From positions 4,768,001 through 4,832,000 of the forward strand of contig OY762428.1 in the NCBI GenBank assembly GCA_963665665.1: a stretch of 64,000 bases of DNA. The letters run 5' to 3'. A program made the position numbers and the translations under genes. The notes beneath the pieces are model-generated. The model saw nothing but the letters and a program-made list of their open reading frames with translations, searched no databases and had not been told where the DNA came from. Source of the DNA: Candidatus Kapaibacterium sp. (GTDB lineage Bacteria > Bacteroidota > Ignavibacteria > Kapaibacteriales > UBA2268). Below, piece by piece: positions 62,031 to 64,000 of this stretch. Every line of letters begins with the position of its first letter. Positions within the stretch are counted from its first letter, which is position 1.

Positions 62031-62582
62031 ATGAAAAACCTATTTTTACTTATTTTTTCAATTTTCATTTCAACAAATCTGATTTTAGCCGAAGAAGAGC
62101 ACCTTAGTCACAATCACCATGCCGGCTTTTTTATTGGAGCAGTATCAAATTTGAATAAAAGCAACACTGATTTAAGTATCGGGCTGGATTATGAATTTTA
62201 TATTCCTGTAACTAATCCCAAAATGGGGATCGGGTTTATAGCTGAAATTGCCATGGCTGAACACACTGAATATATCCTGGCTATCCCACTTTTTATTCAT
62301 CCGATTGATAACTTCAAAGCATTTATAGCTCCGGGATTTTTGATTTCATCACATGATGAAACTCATACTGATGAAACAGATAATGGACTTTTGGTTAAAC
62401 CCAAAGATGCAATACTATCCTGTGATTGTGAAACAGCCCCTGAAAGTCATTTCCTTTTCAGAATCGGTGCAGGTTATGATTTTCATTTTGGAAGAATATC
62501 TGTTAGTCCTACAATAGCCTTTGATCAGGTTCAGTGCTGTGCTTATCTGGTTTATGGAATTAGCGTTGGTGTTGGATTTTGA
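62031..62582 (+). CDS. small outer-membrane beta-barrel protein, His/Cys-rich
   Basis: Signal peptide, HLSHNHH, FRIGAGYDF and a C-terminal Phe (VGVGF). Confidence 0.7.
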   Translation: MKNLFLLIFSIFISTNLILAEEEHLSHNHHAGFFIGAVSNLNKSNTDLSIGLDYEFYIPVTNPKMGIGFIAEIAMAEHTEYILAIPLFIHPIDNFKAFIAPGFLISSHDETHTDETDNGLLVKPKDAILSCDCETAPESHFLFRIGAGYDFHFGRISVSPTIAFDQVQCCAYLVYGISVGVGF

Positions 62583-62619
62583 TATATTAAATAATTGCTG
62601 AATGAATGGAAACGAAAAA

Positions 62620-64000
62620 ATGGCTTTGCCTGTTAATATTGAAAGTTTGTTAGGTTCCGGTATAGTTGAATCAGAGAGGATTGAATTTAAAAAAAGTTGG
62701 AATCCATCTGCTATTATCAGAACAATATGTGCATTTGCCAATGATATATCAAACCTGGGAAGCGGATTTATTATTGTTGGAATTGAAGAAGATAATGGCA
62801 AACCTCTTAGGCCAGTCTATGGATTCTCATCAAATGATTTTGAAAAAGTTCAACAGGAGTTAATTTCTTATTCCAATCTGATCAGGCCAGCCTATTTCCC
62901 AAGATTGGCACTTGAAGAAATTGATGGCACACAGGTTTTGGTTATATGGGTTCCGGCTGGAAGCAACAGGCCTTACGAAGCTCCGAGAGATGTTACTTCC
63001 AAAAACAAACAATACTCATATTATATTCGCAAATATTCGAGCACAATTATACCAAATCCTGAACAGAAAAAAGAATTGATCGCTCTTACGGCAAATATTC
63101 CATTTGATGACCGTGTTAATAGTCTGGCTTCAATTAATGACATAAGCAGGGGCTTAGTTGAAAACCACTTGAATGAAACTAAAAGCAAACTTTTCAAAGA
63201 AATTGATAATATTAAATTCGATGATTTATTGAAACAGTTAAACCTGGTTGAAGGAGGTAATGAATTATTATTGCCAAAAAATATTGCCCTTCTAATGTTT
63301 TCCAGGGAACCGGATAAATTTTTCCCATACACACAAATTGATGTCGTTGAATTTCCAAACGGAATGGGTGACAAAGTTTTTTATGAGAAAATATTTAAAG
63401 GGCCGATTCAGAAACAATTACAAGAGGCTTTAGATTATATTGAAAATAAAATATTGATAGAACAAGTTGAAAAGATCGATAAAACTCCTGTTGCTAAAAG
63501 AATCTACAACTATCCAAAGGAAGCAATAGAAGAAGCATTAGCTAATGCTGTTTACCATAAAAACTATGAAATAGGTGAACCCGTTGAAGTAAAAATTCTA
63601 CCAGATTCGATCCAAATAGTTAGTTTCGGGAGTCCGGACCCATCAATTACAATTACAGATATTGCTACAGGTCGAATCAAAGCAAGACGCTATAGAAATC
63701 GCAGGATTGGTGAATTTTTAAAAGAGTTAAAATTAACAGAAGGCCGGGGTACCGGTATACCAACTATAAAAAGAGTTCTGACTAATAACGGATCTGATGT
63801 TGCAAAATATTATACTGATGAATCAGAAAGAAATTATTTTGTAACAGAAATTCCAATACACAAAGCATTCATTAAATCATCTAATAAATATCGGAACCAA
63901 GTAGGTGACCAAGTAGGTGACCAAGTAGGTGACCAAGTAGGTGACCAAGTGGGTGACCAAGTGGGTGACCAAGTGGGTGACCAAGTAAAAAAACAGTTTA
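62620..64000 (+). CDS. AlbA_2 (Schlafen-like) plus HATPase_c_4 (RecG C-terminal-like) protein; runs off the window end
   Basis: Not in the ORF track. MALPVNIESLL..ESERIEFKKSWNP...ICAFAND...IIVGIEE, then YPKEAIEEALANAVYHKNY and RRYRNRRIGEFLKELKLTEGRGTGIP. Confidence 0.88.
   Translation, partial: MALPVNIESLLGSGIVESERIEFKKSWNPSAIIRTICAFANDISNLGSGFIIVGIEEDNGKPLRPVYGFSSNDFEKVQQELISYSNLIRPAYFPRLALEEIDGTQVLVIWVPAGSNRPYEAPRDVTSKNKQYSYYIRKYSSTIIPNPEQKKELIALTANIPFDDRVNSLASINDISRGLVENHLNETKSKLFKEIDNIKFDDLLKQLNLVEGGNELLLPKNIALLMFSREPDKFFPYTQIDVVEFPNGMGDKVFYEKIFKGPIQKQLQEALDYIENKILIEQVEKIDKTPVAKRIYNYPKEAIEEALANAVYHKNYEIGEPVEVKILPDSIQIVSFGSPDPSITITDIATGRIKARRYRNRRIGEFLKELKLTEGRGTGIPTIKRVLTNNGSDVAKYYTDESERNYFVTEIPIHKAFIKSSNKYRNQVGDQVGDQVGDQVGDQVGDQVGDQVGDQVKKQF
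63904..63987 (+). repeat. 12-bp coding tandem repeat GGTGACCAAGTR x7 (GDQV)
   Basis: Seven units counted, plus one degenerate unit at 63892. Confidence 0.95.

Noticed and set aside
62666-63374. ORFs 62666-62863 (+) and 63021-63374 (-)
   Set aside because: Both lie inside the longer AlbA_2 gene, which the track missed because it runs off the window.
1-64000. tRNA, rRNA, transposase, integrase, reverse transcriptase or prophage genes
   Set aside because: No matching motifs were seen by eye. tRNAscan-SE and Infernal were not run, so small RNAs could have been missed.

Overview
AT-rich bacterial chromosome segment. It carries several T9SS C-terminal-domain (CTD) surface proteins, TAnnTTTG promoter motifs and GGAG ribosome-binding sites, which points to the Bacteroidota/Chlorobi group, probably Kapabacteria- or Ignavibacteria-like (inference). 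Housekeeping genes include pgi, mutL, cobO, arfB, radA, ccmC plus a ccmD-like gene, nnr, tgt-yajC-ribBA-greA, an acyl-CoA dehydrogenase and an aldehyde dehydrogenase. Regulatory modules are an RsbU/V/W partner switch, an ECF sigma/anti-sigma/Spy-like trio, and a sigma54 two-component system with a readable -24/-12 promoter, two enhancer palindromes and two Cys-rich secreted miniproteins. There are many envelope proteins. I saw no rRNA, tRNA, CRISPR array, transposase or integrase. The most unusual structure is a ~1.2 kb array with 21-bp periodicity (49242-50448), interrupted by G/C-rich palindromes and set in a mosaic of three REP-like hairpin families that recur across the window. Other oddities: a TAT-like leader on AmrS next to a membrane spermidine-synthase-like gene, a sensor kinase with an apparent 5' frameshift, an in-frame stop in a secreted protein, and a terminator directly upstream of greA. 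All calls were made by eye; no database searches were run.
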